A stretch of 64,000 nucleotides of DNA from Camelus ferus (lineage: Eukaryota): the NCBI RefSeq assembly GCF_009834535.1, contig NC_045696.1:84012001-84076000 (forward strand), given 5' to 3'. Positions within the stretch are counted from its first letter, which is position 1. Every line of letters starts with the position of its first letter. Positions 1-13,740 of the stretch are shown here, piece by piece. A program made the translations under genes and the position numbers. The notes under the pieces were generated by a model that was given only the letters and a program-made list of their open reading frames with translations, had not been told where the DNA came from and ran no database searches.

Positions 1-114
1 CTAGAGAAGATGTAGTTGCTTTTAATTTGAGGGATTTTCTAGGACTTATAATAACATCAATACATTTTAGGTTGTTTTTTTTTTTTTTAAGTGAATATTC
101 GTATGCCAAAGTAT

Positions 115-255
115 GTAGAGAATTTTAGAACTGGAAGTTCTTTAGAGATAATTACTCCCTTCTTTTTAATAGTGGACTGAGGTCCTGATATGTGAAATTA
201 TTTTTCTGAAATACCTAGGATAAAGTCTAGGACTCCAAATTCAGTGGCTTTAGCC
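115..255 (-). mobile_element. Degenerate MIR/MIR3 SINE fragment
   Basis: tagagaattttagaactggaag...ttagagat...gactgagg resembles reverse MIR3. Confidence 0.45.
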
Positions 256-599
256 TTTTGTCTATTAAATTAGGTTGGTTGGTTTGTTTTGCTATTGTAC
301 TATTCTAATGAAAGCTATCAGTGGAGTTAACCTTATTGTTGCTACTAACTCCTGAAAGCTCTCACCGTTTGCTATGACGTTTCATCCCTTTTTGTGAAGT
401 ATTTATATTAGGGTAAGTTTCAGGGTTTCAAAACCATTTCTCCCACATTATTAGGTTTAATAATGTATTTGATGTATTTTATGGTCTTAAGTCTTGGGGA
501 CAGTAGAGAGTGATTCATCTTCTTCAACTTGAGAACCACAGACTTAGTTGCCATTTCAGACATACATTTTGGAATTTCAGATGCTGTCTATCAAATCAT

Positions 600-985
600 T
601 TTGGGTTCAGTGAGCACAAGAAAATTCTAAACAGTGACTTGGGTAAAAAATTTCTTTCTTTACATAAAAAATTCTGGAGGTAAGTGGTTCAGGGCCAATA
701 ACATCAGAAACTCAGGTTCCTGTCTTCTGTCTCATCATCCCAGTGCTTGTCTTCCATTGTCAAGGTCATTTCAGCTTGTGAGATGGCTGCTGAAGCTCCA
801 TCCCTATGTCCTGAGTTGTTGTCTAGAAGGAGCCAAAAATGGAGCAAGGGGTGGGGTGTTACTTCCAGCTGATTCAGCCTCCTTTTTCAAAGTCCTGCGC
901 AAGACTTCCATTTACATCTCATTGGCAAGAACTTAGATTTATAACCACACCTAGCTGCCAAGGAGGTTGGGAAATTTAGAAGTTT
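600..985 (-). mobile_element. Old MaLR LTR (MLT1J/K-like)
   Basis: catctcattggcaagaacttag...cacacctagctgccaaggaggttgggaaat is typical of MLT1J/K. Confidence 0.7.
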
Positions 986-1199
986 ACTAAAGATGAAGCA
1001 AGTAGGAGGCATCTTTTGAAAAACCTGTCCCTGTTATCCTGCTACCCTGGTAGCATTGGAGGCGCTCTTTTAGGGGTAGTTGTACCATCTCTGGCAGCTA
1101 CAGCCAACATGTCAGTAATTAATTTTACCATTTTTGTTCTAATACTTTACCCAGTCATTGTAAGACTAGTACAGTTTCTATTGGAAGCAAGTGCTTCAT

Positions 1200-1410
1200 T
1201 GCTGATTAGTAAATATTTACTAAATGCCAACTATTTATTTGTTGAGTAGTCTGCTAGCGTCTAGAGATATGGAGGAAAAAAGGCAATATACTTCCTCTCA
1301 TGAGTTATAGGGAACATAGATGTTTAAGCAAATAAATTATTAACTAATTATCCTTGTACCAGGTATGAGGTAAGGAGACAGTCACTGAAGGATAGGTGAG
1401 TGACCTATCT
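1200..1410 (-). mobile_element. L2 3' end fragment
   Basis: aaatatttactaaatgccaactat...cttcctctcatgagttatag. Confidence 0.5.
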
Positions 1411-3004
1411 TAACATTTAGTGTTTGAACTTCTCAGGTTCTTCAAGAACCATTATGCCATTTCCACCCACAGGTGCTCCCTCTTTTCATGTCTGTGTAGC
1501 TAACTAACTCTGTAGGCTATTGGACCAAGTTGTTTGGGGGCATTTTCCATATTTATCTAGTATTTTAAGTCTTTACTTGAAGGGAGGGCAGTTTACATTA
1601 CAGAACTTCAGTTTGATCATTTAGTTAATAAAGGAGGAATATTAGAGAAGCTTTTTTCCTAACAATTTGGGTGACCTTTTCCTACATATGATAAAATGAT
1701 CTTATTTGAGTCTTGACTTTAGGAAACAGTTATATAGGATGTGGGGTTCTGGTAAAATGAACTGTTGGAATTAATAGTGATATACCTTTTCTAATTTTGT
1801 AATGTGTAAGAAAAATTAACTGGAAGAAAAAGAAATGGCTATGAATGGACTACTAAATCTCTTCCAGAAACTGAGCTCTAAAAACATATGTGAGTTAATG
1901 GGCCCAGAATTAGAACATATTGCCAAATGATTCATAGTTGTTTCAAGAACTAATTGTTAGATGTGAAATTTGAAAATGAAATGGCCTGATATGGCAGACT
2001 GAGAGATACTGTATCAAACTGTCAGAGTCTAATTCTCAGATTGAATTTACTGATCTAACATCATGCCATCAAGTTTTTTTTTTTAATAAAATACTAGCAT
2101 TGTTCTCTAACATTCCAGTGTATTGTAGTATCTTAAATAAGATACCTAATCAGTTAAACATTAATATTTAACTAGTTCAAATATGGATTTTCCTATAATC
2201 TACTAATGGGGAAATTTAAGTTTAGTTTGGCTCTGTTTTTGTCTGCTTTGTAGATTTAAAGATAAAATAGATGTCAAGTTAATCTTACAGAAAATAACAC
2301 CATAGTAGGGATGACGTTTTAATCTGAAGCTAAATGATTCACTGTATTTTGTCCAGAGTGTATTGTAAGAGTTAAGGAGCTCACGTATTCTCACCTTAAT
2401 GTTACATTCATAAGAGTAACATTGGTAGTCTAGAAGACATTTTGCAGAACAGATTTTTAGATAGTAGGACATCCTTACACCTGGAGAAATTTTAGTACTG
2501 TTACTCCAGCTCACAAGGGAAAGTTATTTATGGCATTTTGGGAACTAGAAGCTTGCTAAACTTAATGAAGCTATGCCAAGATAGCTGAGAAGGAATAAGC
2601 TTCTTGTTTAATCAGCTGCTGCAGAGTTCAGAGTCCAAGTATATTGCATGTGTTGTAAATGTACTGTGAAATAGGTCTCCTGGTGGCATTGTGGAATAAT
2701 GAGTTTATAGAAACCTCATGCCAAGTCTTAGATCAGGTTCTCATGTACTGTATTATTTTTTACTGATTCTTTGTATATATATGGAGGAGGAAAGATGTAT
2801 GATTCAGTACTATATTCCAGGAAAAGACATGTATCTTCTTTTCCTATGACTTTTTAAAGGAATTTTTTAAGGTGAAATATAATTTTTCCTATTGAAAAGA
2901 AGAATCAACCTCAGATTTTGAGCTTAGTATATATACATCTGCACAACGAAGGCATTGGGTTTTACCTACAATCCCACCTTTCACTGATGATCAAAGTTAA
3001 TATT

Positions 3005-3185
3005 TTGCATTTGAATTACTCCTCTGCCACTTACTACCCTGTATAATCTTGTCTTAGTTTCTTTATCTGCAAAATGAGGATTATCAGTATTTTACTTAAT
3101 TCTCACAACTCTGTGAAATAATTGAGTTGATATATTGTAGTGCATAGAATAGTACTAATACTATATAATATTAGCTGTTTATTAT
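3005..3185 (+). mobile_element. MIR SINE
   Basis: tcctctgccacttactaccctgt...agtttctttatctgcaaaatgagga core. Confidence 0.7.
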
Positions 3186-4589
3186 TAAGGAGTTCTCCAC
3201 ATGATTTTCTGACAAAATTGTGATCATACCGTAAGAGTTTTGCACACTTGTAGGCAATGTTTTAGTAGAATATTTTTATACTAGTTAGATAGCTCTGCTT
3301 ACCTTTTTGCCACGCAGCTTGGCAACTCCAGGAACTGATTCTTTGAGAACTAGTTATTGGACTTAGTACATCCAAAACAGATGATTGCATTTTGCCCTCT
3401 TTGTGGCTTCATAAAAGTTGACGGGTGGACTCTTATTCCACCTACTTCCGGCTTTTTTTTTTTTTTTTTTGACCTAACTCATCTCATTATCATTTGAATC
3501 ATAGCAGGTGTGTGTGAAGTTTTTATTCTTGATTCAGTTTCACTCCTTTTAAAGACTATGATTAAGAATCTTCGTGGACGGAGGCTGAGAAGAAGGGAGA
3601 GGGCTGTCAGCATGGGGAAAACATGCCTGATTTTGAGGAAGCAGGATTTATAGACAGTTGCGAACCAACTAATGTATCTATTTTGACCTAAAAAAAACTT
3701 TCAAAAGATTTTATGGAAGATTCTGTAAAATTTGAGCAACCAAGGGGTTAAGTGGATTTTTAAATTATGGGTTTAAGAAACGGGCTTGATACTAGAAAAT
3801 TAAGTATAGGAATGAACTGACATTTCTAGAGGGAGCAATACAATAAATGAGCTCTCTGTGGAATCAAAATTATGTATAAGCTTTTAAAATATTTTTATAA
3901 ATGATCCAGAAAGTTAAGTTGGACAAGTTTGCAGTTAGTTAATAGTAAATGCTCTCGAAAGCTATGAAGAGTAAGTTGCAGGAGGAGCTCACACAGCTGC
4001 AAGTAGGCAGAATGTGAGGTTGGAGGTGAGACCTCAGCGCTAGGCTCACCCAGCTTGTCATTTCCCTCCAGTTGCACTGCCTTCTTTTTTAGGTGAGATG
4101 AGATGTTATGTGCCCTTTTCTCTCACTCTGATTCTGTTCTTTGTACTCTTTAAATGGTTACATGGAACTCCTACATGGCGGAGGCCCAGGGTACCTCTCC
4201 ATGTCCCAGTGTCTGTTAATGCAAAATGTCATCATATGTCCCTTCCTTTTTCTTTGCATTCAGAATATGGTATATGCACTATCAAGTACCACTGAAAAAT
4301 GATTGCACTAGCTCTTTAAACACAGCCTAGCCAAAGACCGTTATCCCAAAAGCTAGAGAAATTCTGGACTCATTAGTACAAGTATTGGAAACAAAGTAGA
4401 AGTTACTGTCTGCCCCAAGCTTACATAATACCACCATATGTTACCAACCCTGAAGAAGCCCTAAATGGGAGAACTGTCAAGGAAGATGATTTTTAAGGGG
4501 CCACACTCTTCCAAGGACCAGGTCAGATCTCATCTTTATACTTTTACTTTCTTCTTTAGCTGACTGTGATCCCATCAGTTTCCTTTAGC

Positions 4590-4710
4590 TGCTTACTTAA
4601 ATTAATCTTCTGAGGTTCCAGGACTAGAGTCTGTTTCTTTGTCTCTCTCACATTGACTTCTCTCACATGGTAGAAATTCAGAAATATGTTGGTTCTTAAG
4701 TAGTTGAAGA
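4590..4710 (+). mobile_element. L2 3' end fragment
   Basis: gaggttccaggactagagtctgtttc...cacatggtagaaattcagaaatatgttg. Confidence 0.4.
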
Positions 4711-4764
4711 GATTGAGTGATAGGGTAGTCTCCAGTTTGGAAGGATGAGTACAGGGAGGCAGGG

Positions 4765-4985
4765 TTGCTCTGGTGGCTTGTGTATGGGTTTTGGAGCCAG
4801 ACGCATCTGGTACGAATCCTGTATTTACTTTTTACCTATTTTACATTGGGTATGTTTATGCAAACTGAGTTTCTTTCTCTGTAAAATGGAGATGATGGTA
4901 GCTAGTTACAGATTATGAGGATTAGAGATATTCTATAAAGTGAAGTCCATAATGTATATGTGCTCATTAGTAAGTGGTAACTGTT
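4765..4985 (+). mobile_element. MIR SINE
   Basis: tgggttttggagccagac...gagtttctttctctgtaaaatggagatgat. Confidence 0.75.
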
Positions 4986-6096
4986 ACTAGGATATTACCA
5001 GAACTTGATGCTGTCATGAAAGGTACAGATAAGGTGAACGTGATTTTATTATGAAATCATCTATCACATGTGAAAAGCCTAAAATAGAAGCATGTTTTAA
5101 TAGGGAAAGTAAAAATATACCTTGCTACCTAAGTATTACAGGCTAAAATTATAGATTCAAGAACAATTTAGATAAATTTATGAGTGAATGATTAAGTTTC
5201 ACTCAAAAAATACGTACGTGTCTATATACCTGCTACTCCCTGGGCAATGGGGATATCATGAGTAATAAAGCCTGATGGGTTTATTGCAAGGTGTGTGGGT
5301 ACATATTGTACCCCAAAAACTACTCTCAGCAGAGTTCTGGTCAGGTACTTCACAGCTCACAGTTTCGATTTAGTAAGTTAGGTCTGACCTTCCTTTTTTC
5401 CTAGGGTGCACGTGTGTAATCTGAAATCTAGAGATGTTGTTGTCTATCTTGGCTGATTTTATAGTTCTTCACTGGCTTTCTGGGCCTCTTTTACTTGCCT
5501 TGACCCTTTTACATACCAGCCAGGGCAGTACAGAGTGAGTTAATAATGCTGACACTTGAAGGCACACCTCTGACTCAGACCTTTAACTTGTCGAAAGAGG
5601 TCAGAGTGTGGTGTAAACCCGAACAAGGAAATGGGTTCCTATCAGGGAGGAAACATTCATCCTGTCTGTCTGTCTCTGCCTCCCTTGCACAACAAGAACT
5701 TGAGATCGGAGGAGCACTGTTGTTATTTTAATCTTCAGAAGGATTCATTATGATTAAATGAATTCTGTGGAAGAAGAAAGTTTTAATTTTTGGAGATACA
5801 CCTTCATTAATTTTATAAATTCCTTATTTAGTTTCTTCTTTGCTATTTTTGCCTACCTGGATCCCCTTGTGTCTTCCATTTTACCTACCAGGGCAATGTT
5901 AGATTTTACAAGATTTGTAGAAGCCAAATTAAATACTAAATTAAATGGTCCACTGTTTATTTTTGGAGATAAATTATTTATCTTGGCAGATTTTGTTGGC
6001 TTTTGCTTAAGGTGAGTAACTCTTAGGGAGGTAAGGTTCCTGGCATTTCTGTCTTGTTTAGAAAATAAATTGATTTAAACTGTTGGAGATTTATTT

Positions 6097-6169
6097 TATA
6101 TATATATATACATATATATGTGTGTGTGTATATATGCATACACACACACACGTGTGTGTGTGTGTGTGT
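6097..6169. repeat. Compound (TA)/(TG)/(CA) microsatellite
   Basis: 73 nt of uninterrupted pyrimidine-purine alternation. Confidence 0.95.
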
Positions 6170-7248
6170 CATTTATAAAGGAAAATTTATATTTTCACTG
6201 CCTTAAGGGATTGAAAGGAATATTTATTGCATAATGTGATATATAACTATAAGATTTTTGTAGAAATATTCCATTTGCATAAAAATCTATGAAGGTTACA
6301 TTGTTTTTGAACATTTAATATTGTCCCAAATGGAAAATATGTATGTTGAGGTTTATTAAGTTAACTGACCTAATTCTTAGGGACTATAGAAATCCAATTT
6401 TAACTGAAGCTAATTATTTTAAGCCTGGTAGTTAACTCTTTAATAAATGGAGTTATTTCTGTGAAACTGTATGCCTTCTGTAGCTCATAGAAGAGCAAAT
6501 TAAATGGTGTCTAATAAGGACATTTATCTTTCAGAATTGTAAACCTTACACATTTGATATAAAAATTAAATGCATTTGGATTGAACTTTTGATTCAGGAT
6601 TTTAGGTAACCATTTTTTAATCCTGATGAAAAATAGAGGACAGATACAAGCATCTCTAAAATCCATGTGATCCAGTCTTCAATTTGAGTATCAAACCTTT
6701 TATCAGTACTATTTGCTAGTTAATAAAAAAGACTAATCTCAGTTTAATCCCTGACTGAGGGGATTGTAAATACGCATTTAAAAAGGAGTAAGATAGTAAA
6801 CATACCACAAAGAATCTTAAATAATAAATATTTTCTTTGTGTTCCATCATTTTATATTCAGTACACATAATTTACCATGTATTTGCAACAGAACATTGAG
6901 AGTTAATCTTGAACCCTCCTTATTTTCAAAAACTTAAGTAAATATGTTTATTTTTTCTGTAGGGACTTACTTTGTATTGTGATTGTCTGAAAATAAATCT
7001 ATCTTTAAGGTAGAGTATCTTTTTTTTTAAAGGAATAAATAAAGGACTGATAACAGTTTTTCATGGTTTCTAATGAAAATTATAGGTAGCTTGTCTATTG
7101 AAGAATTACAGTGCTTTAGAATTATTAGCAAGTATTTTGGTTAACTGAATGATGGATGTATCAGTGTGATTACTACAGAATGGAATATCAGAAATATGCT
7201 TTCTCCAAGAAAATTTATATTAATAATGATTTAAAATTTTTATTGCAG

Positions 7249-7302
7249 CTAGAACGAGTAAATCTGTCTGCAGCTCAGACACTGAGAGCAGCTTTCATCA
7301 AG
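7249..7302 (+). CDS. PDCD10: PDCD10/CCM3 coding exon (LERVNLSAAQTLRAAFIK, aa 33-50); upstream coding exon lies outside the window
   Basis: tttttattgcag|CTAGAA...ATCAAG|gtaagg; 54 nt, phase 0/0; translation matches recalled PDCD10 protein. Confidence 0.97.
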
Positions 7303-7760
7303 GTAAGGCACAGATAATTTATTATGATGATTAAAATATATGTTATGTATAAATCTAACTACCATGTGATAATTGCATTTTGTTTTGTTTTTTGGGCTAG
7401 TGAAAACCTTTTCCGCTATCTTGTACCTGTTTTAGAGTACCCTTTAAAGTTTAAAACACTTCCAAGCTAGAACAAGTGCTTTCCTTAGCATTCAGCTTTT
7501 CATCACCTTGTGCTTTTGAAACTGACTTCTTTAGTTCTCTCTTTAGCTTTAGAGTATATTTTTAAATTCTTTTTAATTTGATTTATTAAAAACTTTAATA
7601 AAATTATAACTCAAAAGAATTTCTTTGTATTGTTTAAGTATATAACATAAGTATAAAATAGTGTTTTTAGCAGGAAAATAAGACCACTCTGTACGTCAGA
7701 TTAAGGATATTTGAGAATATACAGCTGAATCACTCATAATGAATTATTGTCTTTAGACCT

Positions 7761-8072
7761 AAGGTGTTCAGTTGATAATCACTAGCCACTTGCTGCTGTT
7801 GCCCACTTAAAATATGGCAAGTTCAAATTAAGTTGTACTCCAAGTATAAAATACACACCAGATTTTGAAGATGAGTACCAAAAAAAAAAAAAATGTAAGC
7901 AAACAGTAGTAAATATTATGTTGATTACATGTTGAAATGATAGTTTTTTGGGTATACTCTTGAAATAATTTCATGTGTTTTTTCTTTTTGCTTTTTTAAT
8001 GTGGCTACTAAAAATTTTAACATTACATAAGCTTGTAATTGTTTCTTACATAGTATTTCTTTTGGACACCCC
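7761..8072. mobile_element. MER33-like hAT-Charlie DNA transposon
   Basis: cactagccact...aagtataaaatacacaccagattttgaaga...ttttaatgtggctacta...ttggaca. Confidence 0.75.
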
Positions 8073-9579
8073 TACTCTGTGTGTTGGGTGCAGTCTTTCA
8101 TATAAAACTTAATCCACCCCATTCTAAATACATATCAAGGTGCCCCAAATTTTCATTTTTATTTGCTTTTTGTATGTTTGCTCCCATCAGTAGCTAAAAC
8201 AGCTTATATTTTAATGTTTAAGTCTAGAATAAATTTATACTTGAGTTTCATTGGAGTTGAAACTATAAACCCATCCAGCTTGACTTCTTTTTATGGCAAA
8301 GATTAGTTTATTGATACCACTCTTAACTGGTAGCATAAATAATGTCACTAGCCATCTGCCTTATTTCACCATAAGAAATTACATTGTGTGTGTTGGATAA
8401 GAGCTATTTTGATGTGTTTAATACTCTAAAATGCAGTGCCTGTGTTACACATACATACTAATTTCATTAAAATACATCCGGCCAAATCATTGGGTTAATG
8501 AAGAGAATCAGTGAAGCAACACCATCATTAGTGTTTTTCTTTTTTTCCCTCTTCTTCTTTTCATTAAGTATCAGTGTGGTTCTGAATGGTATACTTGGTC
8601 ATTAGGGAGGCATGGTGGGGACTATTTTAAGTGTCTTTGTGGCCAAAGAGGGAAAAGTAATCTATTGCACAATGTAGTATCAGTAAGGCAAAAGTCAGCT
8701 TTTCTGATACCAAGAACAGAAAAAGTTCTCCTGTGTATCCTCATAAAGAGGACCCTCTCTGAAGTAGAAGATGGTATATACTCAGTGACATTCATAAAAG
8801 AGACAAAATAATGAATTTCATGAAATTTTTTCTTGTAATATCCTTTTAAATAAGCTGATGTTTTAACTCTAAAGTATAGTTAAAAAGCAAGCAGTGTGTT
8901 TAAAGTATGTGACTATGATAGATCTGGTTTAATAAATGGATAAATTTATCCATGGCCCTGATTCTTAATTGAGGATAGTGAAAGTTATTCAGAGGAAAAC
9001 ATATTAGTTTTGCATTGATTTATTCTTAATTGCTGTATTTAATTTATTAAATTTTAAATGATTTTAAAGGAGGGTATGCAATAAAAAGAGGAAGATTTTT
9101 GTGTTTTTTCAACTACAACTTTAATCTGAAAAAGATTTTGAAAGCCTTGCCCAGCCACATATATTTCTCCTTATTTCCAGTTCTTGATCCACAACAACAG
9201 TGATATTTACCAAGCTTAAATATCTATTTTTATTTGGAAAAAAAGGATTAAAATAATTTTTCTCAAGATAAAACACTAGTGAATATTACCCTTTATGATA
9301 CCTATTTTGCTGTTGATTCCTTTCCCCTCTGGCGGTTCTGATAGTGTTGAGACAAGTGGATGTTACTGCCCTTGGGATAGTTTTCTCTCACTGTTGGATT
9401 CTTCATAAAAGTTGAACATCCACAGAGTTTAAGGTTGTATTCTGAGGAAAACCTTTGAGGTATAGATAGTCTCTGATTTAAGGATGGTTATATATGTTTT
9501 GTCAACCAGGGTCGTTGGTTAAATTTATGGACTTTAAAAGAAAAAACAGCTTAACTAGGACTTCAACCAGAAGATGCTG

Positions 9580-10090
9580 CACTGTTGTTTCCAAAGTTTG
9601 TGTTGAGGTACCCTGGAACCCCTCAGCAAACTCAGAGGGATGTCATGAAATATTTTAAAATTTAAAGGAACACAGTGATATTCAACATCAGGTTGACACT
9701 GAGTAAACTACTAGTTTGAGATAGTTTGCAGGTTGAACATACTGGGTTGGGCTACATTCCTTTCGATGATATCATGTCTTTGTGAAGCTAGACTTTTGGC
9801 CACTGCTGTTGGGAAAATCAGTGTACAATAGGAAACAAGAGTAAAAGGCTTCAATCTAATTCCAGCATTTGAGAAATTGTGCAATGCCCCACAGGCGCAC
9901 ACATCTCATGATGGTTATTTAAGAATGAAATAAAATATTCTCTTGCAATTTATATATTTTTAAAGGCTACTGTTTCGTTAGGACATAAGTACTTACTACT
10001 TACTAAATTGTTTGAACTTTATACGCAGCACTGTTAGGTATTTCTTTTGGCAGTAAGAGCACTGTGAACTGAGAAAGGTGAGATTTCTCT
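9580..10090. mobile_element. hAT-Charlie-family non-autonomous DNA transposon relic
   Basis: tttgagaaattgtgcaatgccccacaggcgcacacatctcat and gcactgtgaactgagaaagg end resemble Charlie elements. Confidence 0.55.
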
Positions 10091-11690
10091 AATGCTCCAG
10101 CTTGGGCATTTTGGGGTTCCAAGTGAACTCGGTACTGAAAACATTATTCTCAGGCTTTCATTCTTTCATTTCTTATAACTTAACCAAAGACACTTTTTTT
10201 GTTGTTGTTGGCATTCTCTGGAATCACGTAGAGAGTGCTCCCCTGCTTCCCAAGGTAATTAATTATGTAGGTAGATTTAATGCTACTTAGGGAGAATAAA
10301 CCACTGTCACCAAATACTAGCATGTTTAAATAGTGTACTGTATATAATTTTGTGGCAGTTTGCCAAACAAGTAATATTGACACCACCTAAAGCCATGTTT
10401 GTGTAGGTTTTTTTTTAAAGGCAACTCTTATTTATTAAAATAGATTCTATCTTAAATGTATTCATGGAAGGAAGAATCAAAACAGGTTATAAAAGAAATG
10501 GAATTCAGAAGGACACTATTGTTATTAATCATCTATCAAAATGATTTTCCTGTATAGCATTTGACAGCAGTTAAAATGATCCCAGGATTGAGATAAATGT
10601 GTGTATTTTCTTTTCTCATTTCATTCCACAACTTTTCAGTTTTTCATACTTGAAATCTAATGAGAAACAAGATGTTATAATGGAAAGAGCAGTAGGAACA
10701 GAGGAAGCTGGATCTGCAGTGATACCAGAATGGAATTGAGGAGGCAGAAGTTAAACATACTTGGCACATAAGGAAGCAAATAGATTGCCATCCGATAGAT
10801 CATAAATTGTGTTTCTATTTGCTGTTTGGTATCAAGGCAAAACAGATAGGAAATTATCAGCATAATGATTAGAATTGGCAGGCATCCTAGAAGAAACTAA
10901 GACTGATTACAAAATTTTTTTAAATAATAAAATGGGGCAGAATTACTAGGGAAAACCAAAATCTTGAAAATTAACTATGGTAAACTCAAAGCTCTTTATG
11001 CTCAGTCTTGAAATGACTAGGAGATTTTAGTGCCGCAGGGAGTATAAGTAACATAGAACCAATGCAGGCTCATTAGTGAAACGAGCTCAGGAGGTAGTAA
11101 AAGGATTAATGATGTTCTGAAAACTAGTGAAGGAGGTATTTTTGCTGCAAAAATAAAATGGGAAATGAAAATCATTGTGTGGGAAGGTGTTTAAGGAGTC
11201 ATATAGCTTCAGTAAAACCTCCAAAAGAAATCCTGTTTTTCCTGATATTCTGTTAATTTAAATGCAAAGAATCTGCCCCCAAAAAAGGTGAGATGAATTA
11301 TTGCTTGATTCTCAAGTTGAACTATTACTTAATGAAAAAAAAGCTACAAATACTCAGTGTCTTTAAACTCCTGAAAAAAGTAATGGAAAAATTACAAATA
11401 TATGTATACTCTATTTCTATCTTTGTTATCAGTTTGATGGGAGGAATGTAAAGGAGAAGTAGGAAATGTTAAGTATTTTATGTTCAAATGGGAAATATAC
11501 TTCGCTATAATAAAAGGTCATAGATGCACAAGCTCTAACCAAACATAAATAGATACCATCACAACACCTGCCCTTATTTATATAAGTTGATCAGTTTAAG
11601 AAGGTGCCAAACAGGTTTTAAACTTATGCTTTGGCTTTAAAATGCTGGCTTAGTTTCTATATTTCAAAACTAGCCTTCTCTTTCTTATAG

Positions 11691-11819
<129 letters not shown>

Positions 11820-12227
11820 TAGTCTTCTTTAGTTTTCATACCATTGTTGAAATGCTCTTCCTCCAAATTCTATTTGATAAAAGGGCCTTCCTCTGCTCCC
11901 CTCCCCTTTTCTTTCCTCCCCCCCTTCCTTATTATTGCTATTATTATTGTCTTGAAAGGGGGGGGGGACTATGTCAAATAGAAATGTAGTTCTTGCTTTT
12001 TGTTTTGTATTTGTCAAATTGAACTACACAAGTAAAGCATTTGTATATAGTGCATGCTATAATTTTTTCCCTATTAATATGTTTGATGAGTTCTAGTTTT
12101 ACCAAGAGACAAGCTCTATGGGATGGATGATTATTTTATTTTGTTTTGACTTTGTGCAAGTAGCAGTTTGAAAGTAATGAGGGCTTTTTTGGTTTGGGTT
12201 TTGTTTTTTTTTTTTTAACTTTCGTAG

Positions 12228-12392
<165 letters not shown>

Positions 12393-13549
12393 TAAGTAAC
12401 TTTCTTTAACAATTTTTATAATGTGAAGAAGGAAGACAGTTAACTGTTTATGGATTTTTATTTTTAGTTTGATGTAAACTAATATATAAACATGTTTGGC
12501 CCATAAAAAGATCAATTGTCAGTGATCTCGAACACAGCCATTTAAACACTTTATTTCTAGAACTTTCAAATAATTTAAGTTTAATTTATTTTGATGGTCA
12601 CCTGCTGCATTTCTATCGCTTGGTTTGAACCTAAGCTATAGACTCCAGGGACTTGTCTGCAGCTTCCCAGCTATAGATTCATAATGTTGATCTAATCTGC
12701 TGACTAGGAAGAAAGTTTCTGCTGTCTGGAGGAAGTGTGATAAGGGACATTCCCACGTATCGGGTGCCAGCAGGCAGGAGGGACAGCAGCAGGGCAGTTG
12801 AAGCTGGAATGAAGATGGTAGGCCCAGCGCCCTCTTCCTGTCATTTTGATACCCTCTTTCCACTCGAGGACGTCCCAGGGCACCTCTGCTAAAGCCAGTG
12901 TGGCTGTACAGAGATACACTTTGAAATCCACTTTATTCACAGTCGCATTTTAATCATAAGGAAATTGAGGTCAAGAGCCTCAGCGTCTTGTCCCTAGTTA
13001 TTGACAGAGGTTCAGTCAGGGTCTTGTCTCGTTTAGGGAGGTGGCAGGAATAATATTTCAGTTCTGTCTTCTGGAGTGTACTCAGCACAGCCGAGTTAAG
13101 ATTGTTGGCAATTTAAATTTATTTCTATCCAGTTTGGGACAGATAGTTTGTCATGGCAAGTTTGTTGGTCATGCGTATTGTTTCTGAGACTGAAATTCAG
13201 CCATTTATGCTAGCATGGATGGCTGAGGTGCAGCACTGATAGATATCGATACATTCTGATACGTTGTTGCCACCGTTAATTACTTAATGAAAGGGTGGAT
13301 AAAATTGCACCAAATAAAAAGCAGTGTATCCTTCAGCCACAACATAGTATTCAGTTACTATTTTTCTTTAAAATAGTTTACTTTCTCATATTTAAGGTAG
13401 ATACCCTCTTCTTTCATTTATTTCAACAGTATTTTTCAATAAGCATGTATCAAATACCTACTAAACCAAGTACTGTACAAAATACTATACATTATATTCA
13501 AGTAGAGAAGATTCCTGTCAGCTAACAAATCCCAGGTATTTTTGTATAT

Positions 13550-13740
13550 ATGAGCAGACCTAGGTTTGAATGTCCATTCCAACAGTTAGCTGTGTGACCT
13601 TGGATAAGATGCTTATTAGCTTCTGTGACTCTGGTTTCTGCCTGTGAAGATGAGGATAGTGGTTGTGAGATTTGAAAGACATGATACATATAAGGTGCCT
13701 CGCACAGAACCTAGCATGCACTCACAGCACATAAAGTATT
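13550..13740 (+). mobile_element. MIR SINE
   Basis: cagacctaggtttgaat...tagctgtgtgaccttggataag...ctgtgaagatgagga. Confidence 0.8.
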
